DNA of 32,284 bases from a virus (Duplodnaviria > Caudoviricetes). Positions within the stretch are counted from its first letter, which is position 1; every line of letters begins with the position of its first letter. The notes beneath the pieces are model-generated. The model worked only from the letters and a program-made list of their open reading frames with translations. It was not told the origin of the DNA and did no database searches. The DNA lies in IMG/VR virus record IMGVR_UViG_3300025652_000290, positions 1 through 32,284 of that record, one strand, 5' to 3'. Below are positions 1 to 10,476 of this stretch, piece by piece. The translations under genes and the position numbers were made by a program.

Positions 1-2435
1 ATACGATAAGTAGGCTGTTTCTTATTTTCCTTTGCCTGTTTGACCTTTTCTCCTACCTTTTTGAAATCAGTAGCTTCTTCCAGTTTCTTTATTAAGGAGT
101 CACTTACTTTTCCTTCTTTAATTGCTTTTCGGAGTCTAAAGGCATCCTTGAGAATGAGTTTAGCATTGTCAATAAATCGGTTGAAGATCTTTGTAAGTTT
201 TGCTCCGATCGATTGATGAACCTTGCCTTGTGTCGCAAAATGTACTGCTTTGGTTGAGAACCATTCGGGGTTGGATTCTCCTGTGTCTTGCTCTCCTGTA
301 GCTTCGTAATAGTTTTTTCTATCTTCTGTGATTTCTGCTTCAAATTTTTCTTCTCCTATATTTTTTATTTCAGCTTTATAATACTCTTCAGCCATTTCTT
401 CCTGGACAGCAACATACTCATCTGCCATTCTTTGTGGAGTTCCTGCTCTGGATATTTTAATAGATCCACCAAACGATGTACCAGTAATAATTATTTTATT
501 AGGATCGGTATTTTCGTCAATTCCATGATCTCGTAACACCTGTTTTGTCTTTTCTTCTGTCCATCCTTTTTCTTCTACTTCATCAGCTAATATTCGGTCC
601 AGGTATTCTTCTTCAATAGCTATATTAGGTGCTTCTTCTTTTACTTTTTTTATTAATGCACCAGTAAAATCTTTACCTTCCATTTGTTGCTGTTTAATAT
701 TTGCCCTGGCTCCAGCTTCTCTAAACTCTGTTTCTGTTTCTGGAAACTTATCCATCTCCAGATTCCTACGAATCATTTCTTTACCCAGATCAGATTGCCC
801 TTCTATTTCACCTGTTTCCTGGCTAATTCCAAGTTCCATTGCTTCTTCTTTCGTAAGAGATCTTGCAAAGTTGGTAATATCATCATCGGTTAATTGTCGC
901 AGTTGACCAGATTTAATTGCCTCTAATCCTTTGGCTTTTGATTTGTCTAATTTCTTTTTAGACCTTTTGTCTAATGCTTTTCCTGTACCCCTAACCCCTG
1001 CTGAAAAACCACCAATAGCAAAGGCTTCAGCTAACCATTCTTCTGCTGTAGGCATTTTAAATTCGTGTCCTTCTACTCCAGATTGTAAAAAATCTGTAAA
1101 TCTTTCTTCCATTAACTCTACTGGAACTGATTGTATACCTGCCTGTCTAACTGCTTGCATAAATTTACCAGGAGGTACATTTGGGTTTTTACGAATTAAT
1201 CCTTTTAGTAAACCATGAACAGCACTTTCTGGATTACTTTTTAAAAAAGTTTTAAACTCTTTACCTAAAAAGGGAATAGACTCCCCAGATTGTTCACCTA
1301 ACAATTCTAAATAAGTCAATAAATATCCATCTACAATAGACTTGCCTAAACTTTTCTCATTACTGGAGAATACTTCCAGCTTGCCATCTAATGCTCGATT
1401 TAATTCATAGTCTGGTAATAATTCATTACTGGCATTTGACACTACCCTACTAAACATTTTTGGATTTATGGTTCTTGCAAGTGTCCCTGTAGTTGCACCT
1501 ACTACACCCTTAACAACTTTTAAACCAAATTTATCTGCACCTTCTTTAAGGATCTTTTTACCTTGCTTTGATAGTACCCAATTCACTGATTCTTTCAGTG
1601 CTTTTTGACCTGCTTTCCTACCAACAGTATATGTACCAGCAGTCGTTGCAAATTCAAAAGCGTAAGCAGGAAGTTGTATCATTATATCCATAACCATTGC
1701 CCCAAAGTCACTATCTCGTTCCATTTCTAATTGGGCATTCATAACAATTGCATAATCTTGTTGGTCAGCAGTATTTCTTTGTATGTCTTTAATAGATTGC
1801 AGAAGGTCTAATGCTTCATAGGCTTCAACTCCACCACCTAAATATGGCAGTTTACTACCAAACTTTTTATAATCTGTGAATGTTTCTTTTAAGGTTCCTA
1901 AAAATGTACGCTTTGGTTCAAGTATCCCTTCGTCACTTAATCGCTTTTTTGTTTGCGATATAGCTTTTGTTTCAAGATCTTGTTCACTATAAACAGGCTT
2001 TCGATCAAAGGGACCTCGAATAACACTTTGATCCTCTGAAGTTTTAGGCTGACCAATATCCTGGGCTATTTTGTTGTATTCTTCTTGTAAATACGGTTGA
2101 AATAGTTGTTCGTATTGTTGGTATTTTTGTATTGTCTCCTCAAAACTTTTTTCTTTGTTTTCTTGCTTTTCAATAGAAGGAGGTTTATTTAATGGTTTCC
2201 CAGTATAATACGATGTATTTGTATATGCACTTTGTCGTACAGCTTCTTGGACTTCTGGTGCTTCGTTTTCTGTCTGCTTTTCAATTTTTTGTATCTCACC
2301 TAATCTCTGTGCTGGATCTGGTGCATTAATAATGTTATCCTGGCGTTGTCGTTCTACTTCCAGGTCATTATATGCCTGGTCCAGAATATCATCTAAATAA
2401 TTACGCTGTGGCTGTGTGTTAAAGGGATCTGCCAT
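1..2435 (-). CDS. Large internal virion / DNA-ejection (polyvalent-type) protein, N-terminal part; runs off the left end of the window
   Basis: Not in the ORF track because there is no stop in the window. ATG at 2435 overlaps the upstream TAA (TAATG). My manual translation (MADPFNTQPQRNYLDD...KENKKQPTYR) stays open for ~811 codons to position 3. It follows the nozzle and two smaller ejection-type genes. Confidence 0.75.
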   Translation of the reverse strand, partial: MADPFNTQPQRNYLDDILDQAYNDLEVERQRQDNIINAPDPAQRLGEIQKIEKQTENEAPEVQEAVRQSAYTNTSYYTGKPLNKPPSIEKQENKEKSFEETIQKYQQYEQLFQPYLQEEYNKIAQDIGQPKTSEDQSVIRGPFDRKPVYSEQDLETKAISQTKKRLSDEGILEPKRTFLGTLKETFTDYKKFGSKLPYLGGGVEAYEALDLLQSIKDIQRNTADQQDYAIVMNAQLEMERDSDFGAMVMDIMIQLPAYAFEFATTAGTYTVGRKAGQKALKESVNWVLSKQGKKILKEGADKFGLKVVKGVVGATTGTLARTINPKMFSRVVSNASNELLPDYELNRALDGKLEVFSSNEKSLGKSIVDGYLLTYLELLGEQSGESIPFLGKEFKTFLKSNPESAVHGLLKGLIRKNPNVPPGKFMQAVRQAGIQSVPVELMEERFTDFLQSGVEGHEFKMPTAEEWLAEAFAIGGFSAGVRGTGKALDKRSKKKLDKSKAKGLEAIKSGQLRQLTDDDITNFARSLTKEEAMELGISQETGEIEGQSDLGKEMIRRNLEMDKFPETETEFREAGARANIKQQQMEGKDFTGALIKKVKEEAPNIAIEEEYLDRILADEVEEKGWTEEKTKQVLRDHGIDENTDPNKIIITGTSFGGSIKISRAGTPQRMADEYVAVQEEMAEEYYKAEIKNIGEEKFEAEITEDRKNYYEATGEQDTGESNPEWFSTKAVHFATQGKVHQSIGAKLTKIFNRFIDNAKLILKDAFRLRKAIKEGKVSDSLIKKLEEATDFKKVGEKVKQAKENKKQPTYR

Positions 2436-2977
2436 TATCTATTTTTTACATCTGCTAATAATGGAATAATTCCCTTACCATGTTTTTTTATTAAATCTTG
2501 AATTGCCTTTTTTATAGCTAACTCTTGAGCATTTTTTGGACTTTCTTTTGCAAACCCAGGAGTATCATTTAAATGTTTTTGTACATTAGTATTAAAATTG
2601 CTTTTTATCATATCTTGATTTCTGTCAATTTTTCTTACATCTGGTGTTTTTCGACCATATTGTTGTGCTAATTCTGCCAATTTTAAACTATCTCCATATG
2701 CTTGTTCTTGTTTTCTAAATAATTCAGCACCTGGTCTTGGTAAGTATTGTATTGATTTTACATTATCACCATCTTCATTTACTTCTGTAACAACTGTTTC
2801 TTTGCGACCAAGATCTCTAAATTCTTTTTGTTTTTTACCAAATCGAAGTATATCATCTTGTGGGGATGCTTTTCTCATTTCTTCAGCATAAGATCTTTTT
2901 GCTTTTAAAGAATCTGTTTTCTTTTTTGTTTTTCGATTGCTTACATTATTAAGTAATTGCTTTTGCCAATCTTCCAT
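2435..2977 (-). CDS. Putative internal virion / ejection protein (180 aa, charged, helical)
   Basis: Translationally coupled on both sides; lies in the podovirus ejection-protein block. Confidence 0.5.
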   Translation of the reverse strand: MEDWQKQLLNNVSNRKTKKKTDSLKAKRSYAEEMRKASPQDDILRFGKKQKEFRDLGRKETVVTEVNEDGDNVKSIQYLPRPGAELFRKQEQAYGDSLKLAELAQQYGRKTPDVRKIDRNQDMIKSNFNTNVQKHLNDTPGFAKESPKNAQELAIKKAIQDLIKKHGKGIIPLLADVKNR

Positions 2978-3810
2978 TATTTTCCACCTCCCATTTTTAG
3001 ATAGAAATCATCTATTTCCTCATCTGTCATAAATTGTTTCAATTGCTTTCTCATTTCAGTATCATCAATTTTTCCAGTACGATAACCAGCGTAAGCACTT
3101 GCTAATGCTGTAGCATTTTTTATTCCTGCTTTTTGAGCATATACATCAATTGATCTTTTGTCATCTAAAGTTAAAGATCCTCTTGCTTCACCTGTTGATG
3201 GATCAAATCCACCCCCTTGATACCTGGTGTCTCCAGATGGGGTACTATAGGCAACTGCATTACCATATTTACTCATAGCATCCATGTACGATTTATCTTG
3301 TGCTTGTTGCTGTCCTTGCCTTGCACCATATTCTGTTGCTCCTGCTTGTAGTGCTGTATTTGCACCACCTGTAATCATAGAAGTCAAAGCACCTCTACGC
3401 TCTGAACTATCTTGATCCATTGCCCTTGCATAATTCATTTTTGCATTAGATTTCGCTGTTTCTTCATTTTGATATATACCTCTGGATGTATCTGTAACTG
3501 CTCTTCTTACATCAGCTTCAGATTCCCTTAACCCTCTTTGTAAAGCTACAGAATTACCCATTCCCTGGTTAATGGCACTACCTATATATTTATTTCTGGC
3601 TACTTGAGCATTGTTTCCTGCCTGTGTCCCCACTTTATTTAATATATTAGATTCCTGTGCTTGAGATAAATTTCCATTCCTGGATCTTTCTCGTAGCATT
3701 TGACCATACTTGGTATTCTGAAATCTTGGTTGTAATAATCGTGAACCACTTTGTGCCATATTGCCGACACCTTTAGCGATCATCATCATTGTTGCTGGAT
3801 TAATAGCCAT
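2977..3810 (-). CDS. Putative internal virion / ejection protein (277 aa, Ala/Gly/Gln-rich)
   Basis: Starts MAINPATMMMIAKGVG; Gly/Ala/Gln-rich; first gene after the nozzle, as for P22 gp7 / T7 gp14-type proteins. Confidence 0.6.
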   Translation of the reverse strand: MAINPATMMMIAKGVGNMAQSGSRLLQPRFQNTKYGQMLRERSRNGNLSQAQESNILNKVGTQAGNNAQVARNKYIGSAINQGMGNSVALQRGLRESEADVRRAVTDTSRGIYQNEETAKSNAKMNYARAMDQDSSERRGALTSMITGGANTALQAGATEYGARQGQQQAQDKSYMDAMSKYGNAVAYSTPSGDTRYQGGGFDPSTGEARGSLTLDDKRSIDVYAQKAGIKNATALASAYAGYRTGKIDDTEMRKQLKQFMTDEEIDDFYLKMGGGK

Positions 3811-3812
3811 AG

Positions 3813-6800
3813 TTACTCCGTTTCAATTCTCATTCGTTCTACCGAGAACACATTGGTACTCGATGGGGTTGTTAGTTCTATTTCAAAGTTTTTACCGTAG
3901 CGTTTAATTGGGAATCTGTTTACGCCACCATCGGCTGTAATATCTTTTGTAAAGGATACACTTCCTGCACCATCCAGATATATATTTACGGTTAAAGTGT
4001 CTGTGCCTGTAAATTTCACCATACCATAGCGAAGTAGTTTTTTCTGATCTAAATCCAATCGAAATCGTTTACTTTTCCAGGCTATTCCCACTGCTTCTGG
4101 CACATCAAATTTCTTTACATCGGTATCCGTATTATCCCACGCTACTGGTCCACTATTTTCACCAAAGGTAAGTATATCTAAATTGGTAGATGTGTTTACT
4201 TCACGCCAGGTTTTAAGTATTATATGATATGCCCACACCTCTTGGGTTGCAGGGCTTCCTGTTTGCCATGTATACAGGATTTCATTGTTCTTTTGATCAT
4301 AGACACCCTTAATGCTTTTTTTGTCTGTAGCAAGTAAAAATTGATTCTCTATTCCTAATGTAATTTTTTCCATAACAGAGGGAGTTGCATCGGAACTGGC
4401 TATTGTATTTGATTCTAATCTGTAAATACCATCGTGGTGTACAAAATAAACACTGTCATGTACTTCAACAATACCTTCTGGTGCAATATTACCTATATTA
4501 ATTTTTGATTCTTTTCGCACCCAGCTGGTTGGAGAAGAAGGATTTACTACATCCAGGACAAATATAGCCTGGGCTTTAAATACAATAAGTCTACCAAACA
4601 ATTCTGATAACCCTGTAATCTGTCCCCCTTCACGATCTGGAAAAGGAATTACATTGCTGACTGGTCTTACATCGTAAGCATTTAATTCACTGTACGCTAC
4701 CCAATCATTCTGCACTTCGTTTTCATTACCAGGATCCAAAACAATATTACCTAAAAATAATCTGCCCTTTAAGATCTTGGCATACTGTGCATTAATTTTG
4801 ATTTTAGTTTCTTGACCATAAGGATGTTCTCCTAACGAAGTCGATCCTTTGTCTATTATAGCAATTTCGTTTACATCTGCACTTACAACAGCAGAAACAT
4901 CTGAAAATGTAGATATAATTACTTCGCTATCGTTCCAGTTTCCACTTTGTGGTCCTTTATCTACCTCAATCATAGTAAACCCTAACTGCTCATCAAAAGT
5001 AGTGTAGGCTTTTTCTATTTTAAATGTTTTTGAAGTAGAAGAGGGTTTTGTTGCTGTAAACTTTTGACCTACAATACTATTTATCTTCATGGTTCCATCG
5101 GTATCTCTCCAGGGAGCCATTGTAAAATCTCCATTACTATCTTCGCTGGGCTGTGGCATAATAATACCCATGTATTTCCCAGCAAATGCACCTTCGCTTT
5201 TGGTGCTTACAATCGTTTTCCATCCTGGTCCAAAATTTTCTCGATACATTTTCCAGGATTCATTATGAAAACGACCATTCATATTATCATCAGTTGTTAT
5301 TTTATACCATCCAGTTACCGATAAATCTTCTGCTTTTATTGGAGCGTATTTACTGTGTTCTCTTGCATTTGTGAGGGCAGTAATTGTTTGACTTGACTGA
5401 CTTGCAGTTACTGGTATATCTATTACAAAATTAGTTGAATTGGTAATTTCTACAATCATCGCTCCACTGGGGATCCCAGTTGGACCAGTCATTATATGCC
5501 CAAGTGCTATAGATCCATTTGCACTGTGAGTAATGGTAGTTCCACCATTTGTATACTCAACTCCACTAATTGTATAATTGGGATAACCTCTGGTTACTTG
5601 TAAATCATTACCAATTACTTGATTTACATAAATTTTTTCATAGTTTTCAGCATTTACACCTTCACCATCATCTTCACTTCCCTGTGAATTTCCAACAGTC
5701 AAATCTCTAAATCCTAATCTGTATGTTCCATTTTGTACTACATTACCCGATGCATTATTAACAGTTATTGTTGTGTCTGTAGAGGTTAAATCTTCATTTA
5801 ATGTAGCCCCTGTCGCTTCATATCCTGTAATCGCATCTACTGTTTTAATTTTTTGTTTTTCAAAAGATCCAACCTTAATTGCAAATTCACTATAGTAAGT
5901 TTCCCATTGATATTTATCATTATCAGTAACCCCACCTACGTTATTTGTAACATTTCCTGTGCTTCCATCATTTAACCAGTTTTTTATTGCATTGTCCTGG
6001 TCTTTTACAAAAATGGTCTTATCATTAAATACTTCAAAATTCATAACCAGTTCTGTATCTGCTGATGTTGTTACATTAAGGGTATCATCTCCTGTATCTA
6101 CAAAATTATAAGAAGTAATTAGCTTATATGTTTCATACACTCCACTTAATTTATCTGCACGATATACATTAATTCCTGTAATACGCTTACTCATAGTGGA
6201 TATAGGTAAATTCAACACAAGTTTTACTTCTGATTTGCTTACATCGTCATTATCCCCAGTATTTGATACAACCTGCTTTAAACTTTCATCATTAATCTGT
6301 GTTTCCTGGACACCATCATAAACTGCTGTTACTGTGTATTTAACGGTATCAGATTGTCGTATTTCTTCATCGGTAACCTTTAATTCTACAGTTTTAAAAG
6401 TAAATGGATTTGTAAGCCTGTTTGCTTCAGCAAAGAATGTAGGACCGTATACAGTGTTTCCATTAAATAGACTACGATCAATATACCCTAACCAGGCACC
6501 TTTAGCTTCATTACTGCCTACCTTTGCAATATTACCTGGCAATACTCGTAAGGTATCTCCAAAGGGTATAATTGGGTTTCTGTCTTTTTTATGGTATAAA
6601 GTCGGTACATCGTATTTACTGGTAACATCAATCCAGCGATACTCACAATCTCCAGATCCATTCCAGGTATTTGCCAACCAACCAATATCGGTCATTCTGT
6701 ATAAATCAGCACTATTTGCCCCAGCTACATTTAGTGCTTCCGATCCATATATACCAATGTAGCCTTTAGCGTGTTCAAAAAACACTTCTCCACCATGTGT

Positions 6801-8543
6801 TTCGGTTACACAATCAGCAAAACAAGTCGGATTCCATTTACTTTTGGCAGATCCATCTACTACAACAGCTTGGTTATTTATAGTTACTACTGATAGCCCT
6901 GTGCTGACGGAATACAATTTACCATTTACTTGAACAGTCGGACTGCTAACACCATCAAAAACATCATCTGTACCGACTATAAGATATGTTGATCCTGGAG
7001 AATTGTATGTAGATGAAATAAATTCAATATCTGTATCATTTGCAAAAATACTTGTATTAATATCATTAAACCCTGTTAATACACTGGAATCAGAATGTGT
7101 TGAATACTGTAGTTTTGTATGTCCACTACTATTTAAATAATGAATAACCAAACTATGGCTTTTACCGTTATTTTGTCTAAAATTAGCTGATTCTATTGCT
7201 TTAAATGTTCCAACAATAGGTGTTCCATATTCTACCCAGGATCCAAAAGACAATGCATCGTTATAATATAAAATAAATCTTACCCCTGTGTTTTGAGCAA
7301 TAAATAAATATTCGTGATTTACATCAGAAGATCCAAGAGATCCATTCGTTTTAAAAAAATTTGTAGAAGATATTGAAGCAAGACCAACAAATTGACTTGC
7401 TGTTATTCCACTGGTGCTAATAGTAGAAACACTATCAGAGGGTGTGATCTGGTAGAGAGCAATTCCTTTAATCAATAAATAAAGGTTACCATTAACTACT
7501 TTCATCCAAGAATCGCCAGTTGCAAGGGTTGATGATAAGTTAGAACCCACAACAGATTCAGATACAGTTCCATTACTACTGCAAGTGTATTTTACTATAA
7601 AATTATTATTAGATCCACTTTCTGTGTATGAATGATGCACATAAATAGCGTTATTAAACCCAATCATGCTTCCTGTAAAGTATACACTTTCATCTCTGTA
7701 AGTATCATGAAATTGAGTGCTTAAATCAGCTACAGAAGAACCAACACAAGTAATTAAATTTTTTCCCTCCTGCGAAACTTTTGCAATACTTAATGCTCTA
7801 CCATTCATAGATGCGATTGCTACATCATATATTTTTCCCTGTAAAGTGCTGTTGTGAGATATTGAATCATGCATTAATAAATGAGTATTATGCTTCCCAC
7901 TAAAAGATTGTGCCGATGCACCAGTTGCTAATGTGTTACTAAAAAAACTACCACCCCATGTCTGGGCAGTATCTGTATTGATTCCTACTTTGGTTGTAGA
8001 AGGGATTACATCGGCAGATTCATATACTCCTATTGGTGTTGCTGGGCTCCCACTTGTGATAGATGTTTGTGGGGATGCATTATTTTTAATATCCTGGACT
8101 AATACCTGGTCATCTTCTGTAATGCCATGTGGTGATGCTGTTTGAAACCATACAATATTATCTTCTATTTGTAAATGATCTGTTACATCGGGTAATGAAC
8201 TATCCCACCACCATAATTTTACGGATTGATCGGTAGCTTCTACCGTTACTAATAAATATCGATACCCATCTCCTGCATCATTAATATCTCCTTCAAACTT
8301 ATCCGATACAAATGTAAATATATTATGCACTGTATAGGCTTTGGATGGGCTATAAGAATCGTTTACAAAGGTTAAGCCAATAGAAGGTATACCCGAAGCT
8401 GTTCCAGCCCCAAATGTCTTTTCTAATTTTCCTGCCTGGATCTTTAGGTTTTTTATTTCCTGGGCAACATTATCTGGAAGATCTTCAATATCAGCATTGG
8501 TTAAAACTCCATCAAATTCTTTTATGTCAATAAAATTTGCCAT
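3813..8543 (-). CDS. Tail nozzle / DNA-stabilisation protein (P22 gp10-like) with large insertions, 1576 aa
   Basis: N-terminus F.GV.T..D..DLP.N.A..I.NL....G.LEK and C-terminal propeller-type segments (GQITGLSELFGRLIVFK, GNIAPEGIVEVHDSVYFVHHDGIY, WKSKRF, RYGKNFEIELT) are typical of podovirus nozzles; follows the adaptor. Confidence 0.7.
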   Translation of the reverse strand: MANFIDIKEFDGVLTNADIEDLPDNVAQEIKNLKIQAGKLEKTFGAGTASGIPSIGLTFVNDSYSPSKAYTVHNIFTFVSDKFEGDINDAGDGYRYLLVTVEATDQSVKLWWWDSSLPDVTDHLQIEDNIVWFQTASPHGITEDDQVLVQDIKNNASPQTSITSGSPATPIGVYESADVIPSTTKVGINTDTAQTWGGSFFSNTLATGASAQSFSGKHNTHLLMHDSISHNSTLQGKIYDVAIASMNGRALSIAKVSQEGKNLITCVGSSVADLSTQFHDTYRDESVYFTGSMIGFNNAIYVHHSYTESGSNNNFIVKYTCSSNGTVSESVVGSNLSSTLATGDSWMKVVNGNLYLLIKGIALYQITPSDSVSTISTSGITASQFVGLASISSTNFFKTNGSLGSSDVNHEYLFIAQNTGVRFILYYNDALSFGSWVEYGTPIVGTFKAIESANFRQNNGKSHSLVIHYLNSSGHTKLQYSTHSDSSVLTGFNDINTSIFANDTDIEFISSTYNSPGSTYLIVGTDDVFDGVSSPTVQVNGKLYSVSTGLSVVTINNQAVVVDGSAKSKWNPTCFADCVTETHGGEVFFEHAKGYIGIYGSEALNVAGANSADLYRMTDIGWLANTWNGSGDCEYRWIDVTSKYDVPTLYHKKDRNPIIPFGDTLRVLPGNIAKVGSNEAKGAWLGYIDRSLFNGNTVYGPTFFAEANRLTNPFTFKTVELKVTDEEIRQSDTVKYTVTAVYDGVQETQINDESLKQVVSNTGDNDDVSKSEVKLVLNLPISTMSKRITGINVYRADKLSGVYETYKLITSYNFVDTGDDTLNVTTSADTELVMNFEVFNDKTIFVKDQDNAIKNWLNDGSTGNVTNNVGGVTDNDKYQWETYYSEFAIKVGSFEKQKIKTVDAITGYEATGATLNEDLTSTDTTITVNNASGNVVQNGTYRLGFRDLTVGNSQGSEDDGEGVNAENYEKIYVNQVIGNDLQVTRGYPNYTISGVEYTNGGTTITHSANGSIALGHIMTGPTGIPSGAMIVEITNSTNFVIDIPVTASQSSQTITALTNAREHSKYAPIKAEDLSVTGWYKITTDDNMNGRFHNESWKMYRENFGPGWKTIVSTKSEGAFAGKYMGIIMPQPSEDSNGDFTMAPWRDTDGTMKINSIVGQKFTATKPSSTSKTFKIEKAYTTFDEQLGFTMIEVDKGPQSGNWNDSEVIISTFSDVSAVVSADVNEIAIIDKGSTSLGEHPYGQETKIKINAQYAKILKGRLFLGNIVLDPGNENEVQNDWVAYSELNAYDVRPVSNVIPFPDREGGQITGLSELFGRLIVFKAQAIFVLDVVNPSSPTSWVRKESKINIGNIAPEGIVEVHDSVYFVHHDGIYRLESNTIASSDATPSVMEKITLGIENQFLLATDKKSIKGVYDQKNNEILYTWQTGSPATQEVWAYHIILKTWREVNTSTNLDILTFGENSGPVAWDNTDTDVKKFDVPEAVGIAWKSKRFRLDLDQKKLLRYGMVKFTGTDTLTVNIYLDGAGSVSFTKDITADGGVNRFPIKRYGKNFEIELTTPSSTNVFSVERMRIETE

Positions 8544-9268
8544 TAAGGATTTGGATAATTAGGGTAGATAGGATCAATTAATGAATTAGAGGAAGAATAA
8601 TCAAAGGGTAACCCTTCTCCTACGACTCCAGTAGCTGGATTCTGGTTGTATTTACCCAGATATTCATAAGCCCTGGTTAAAGCATTGTTCATGCGATCTT
8701 GTTTATTTACAGTTCTCCATAGTTCTGCTTCTGCAAATTCCAGGATTGCATCGTGAAAAATAGCATTTAAATCTGGAGCTATTGCTGGGGATGCTGTGCT
8801 GTTTAATACAGCAGGTGTTTTCATGTAGTAGCAGTCTACCTTCGCAGTATTGTTATAAATATATATTCTGTTTTTAAATATAAAGTACACTGGCTCTGTG
8901 CCATTAAAGGCAACATATCCTGTGCTGAAATCTTTGACCATATCAAAAGATACTTTGCGAATAAAGGTACTGTTTTGTATTCGTATTCCTAAAATACCTA
9001 ATGGTCCACCAAATGGATCCGAGTCTAATGCTCCTGCTTGTGTTGGTATAAAATAGCTACTAAAATGGCTATCTACATCGGTATCAGTAGACATAGTAAT
9101 ATCGGTTTTAATTACCTGTAGATCAGTTAATAAATGTGGGTGTAACGACTGAATCACTTTATCCTGGGCACGATTCAAATATCGTTCTTTGATAGTCGTA
9201 GAAAAGAGATCCCCTGCTGTATCTTCCATTCTATCGCCTAATATGGTTACCATGTCTGCTGTTGTCAT
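8543..9268 (-). CDS. Head-tail adaptor protein
   Basis: Motifs YLNRAQDKV and FHDAILEFAEAEL; lies between capsid and nozzle. Likely start is ATG 9268 (ORF track extends to 9286). Confidence 0.7.
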   Translation of the reverse strand: MTTADMVTILGDRMEDTAGDLFSTTIKERYLNRAQDKVIQSLHPHLLTDLQVIKTDITMSTDTDVDSHFSSYFIPTQAGALDSDPFGGPLGILGIRIQNSTFIRKVSFDMVKDFSTGYVAFNGTEPVYFIFKNRIYIYNNTAKVDCYYMKTPAVLNSTASPAIAPDLNAIFHDAILEFAEAELWRTVNKQDRMNNALTRAYEYLGKYNQNPATGVVGEGLPFDYSSSNSLIDPIYPNYPNP

Positions 9269-9281
9269 AATATTTCCAGTT

Positions 9282-9314
9282 ATCACAGCCCCAGGAAAAC
9301 CCCAGGGCTGTAAT
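9282..9314 (-). promoter_or_regulatory. Stem-loop immediately after the major capsid gene (no U-tract)
   Basis: Minus strand ATTACAGCCCTGGG-GTTTT-CCTGGGGCTGTGAT, about 14 bp of stem with G:U pairs. Confidence 0.6.
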
Positions 9315-9328
9315 CGTTATTCAGTTAC

Positions 9329-10456
9329 TTAAGCGTAATCCAATGGTGAGTAAAGATCTTCTACAACACAATGAGCCTTACGGTTTGTAACAACCATATT
9401 CCCATAAGTATGTACTTTCTGCACAAATGTGTTACTTTGTGTATCTTCAATCATATCGGATGCAGTGAACTTTGCACCAGAGTTAAAGAACATATGCAAG
9501 TATTCTGTGTTGATAAAATAAATTCTACCATCAAAGTTTGTACTTGCTACTGCTGGAGAAGCAACCTGCTGTTGTGCAGTTACCATATCCTGGTCAGCTA
9601 TAATGTCAATTCCTCTGAAGTTTAATCCAGTGAATCCCATTGAACCCATTTTTTCAGACATTTTACTACCTGTTTTTCGTGGATCAATTTCGCTTTCAAT
9701 AAGATCATACAAATACTGTGGCACAACAATTAAGTCTGGGTTTTCACCAGTTTGAGCCCTTGCATTTGCAACACCTTTAGCAAGAATACGAAGGATGTAA
9801 GTGTTTTTACTTGCATCAACCATATTAGCTTCTGATATATATTGAACTCCAGCATCTGGAGAATCACCTACATAATCACCACTTGCATCAGAAAAACTAT
9901 CATGATCTAATACAGGTGTTTTCCACCATGAATTAGATCCAGGTGCAAGACCACCAGCAGTTGCTGAATCATCCAACAAAACACCTAATGGATTGAAGGC
10001 ATCGGTTGCCAATGAAGTTGCAAACAAATTCTCTGCGACTTTCTTCTCTAATCCTTTTTGAAGGTTTTTTACTTTTGCACCAACAATGTTTTTGATAGCC
10101 TGTGGGCTATTCATTAACAATGTTTCTTCCTTTGTTACAAGAAAGTGACCTGTTAGCATTGTAGGATTGTAAGATGCTGTTTTTGCAATTTCAGCTTTTA
10201 CTGGTGTGTACCCAGTTGCAGGACTATCTGCATTGGCGAGACCATGTCTATCACCAAATACGCTTACACCAGCATCTGCGTGTTCTATTGGTACAACGAT
10301 TTCACGACCATTAAAGGTCTTTGCTTTTGCCTTCAGTATTGCAAGTAATGGATGAGACTTCTTAAAGATGTTATCATACAAAACAGGCATATAATACTGT
10401 TGGATTAAGGCACTTAATGAAGCAGAACCAGTTCCACTTACTACTATGTTAGACAT
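9329..10456 (-). CDS. Major capsid protein (HK97 fold)
   Basis: 375 aa, directly after the scaffold, SD AAGGAG. Motifs YDNIF...PLL..LK, GREIVVPI, PDLIV, GFTGLNFRGI, IYFINTEYL, YGNMVVTNR. Confidence 0.88.
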   Translation of the reverse strand: MSNIVVSGTGSASLSALIQQYYMPVLYDNIFKKSHPLLAILKAKAKTFNGREIVVPIEHADAGVSVFGDRHGLANADSPATGYTPVKAEIAKTASYNPTMLTGHFLVTKEETLLMNSPQAIKNIVGAKVKNLQKGLEKKVAENLFATSLATDAFNPLGVLLDDSATAGGLAPGSNSWWKTPVLDHDSFSDASGDYVGDSPDAGVQYISEANMVDASKNTYILRILAKGVANARAQTGENPDLIVVPQYLYDLIESEIDPRKTGSKMSEKMGSMGFTGLNFRGIDIIADQDMVTAQQQVASPAVASTNFDGRIYFINTEYLHMFFNSGAKFTASDMIEDTQSNTFVQKVHTYGNMVVTNRKAHCVVEDLYSPLDYA

Positions 10457-10476
10457 ACGCTAACTCCTTATTTCCG

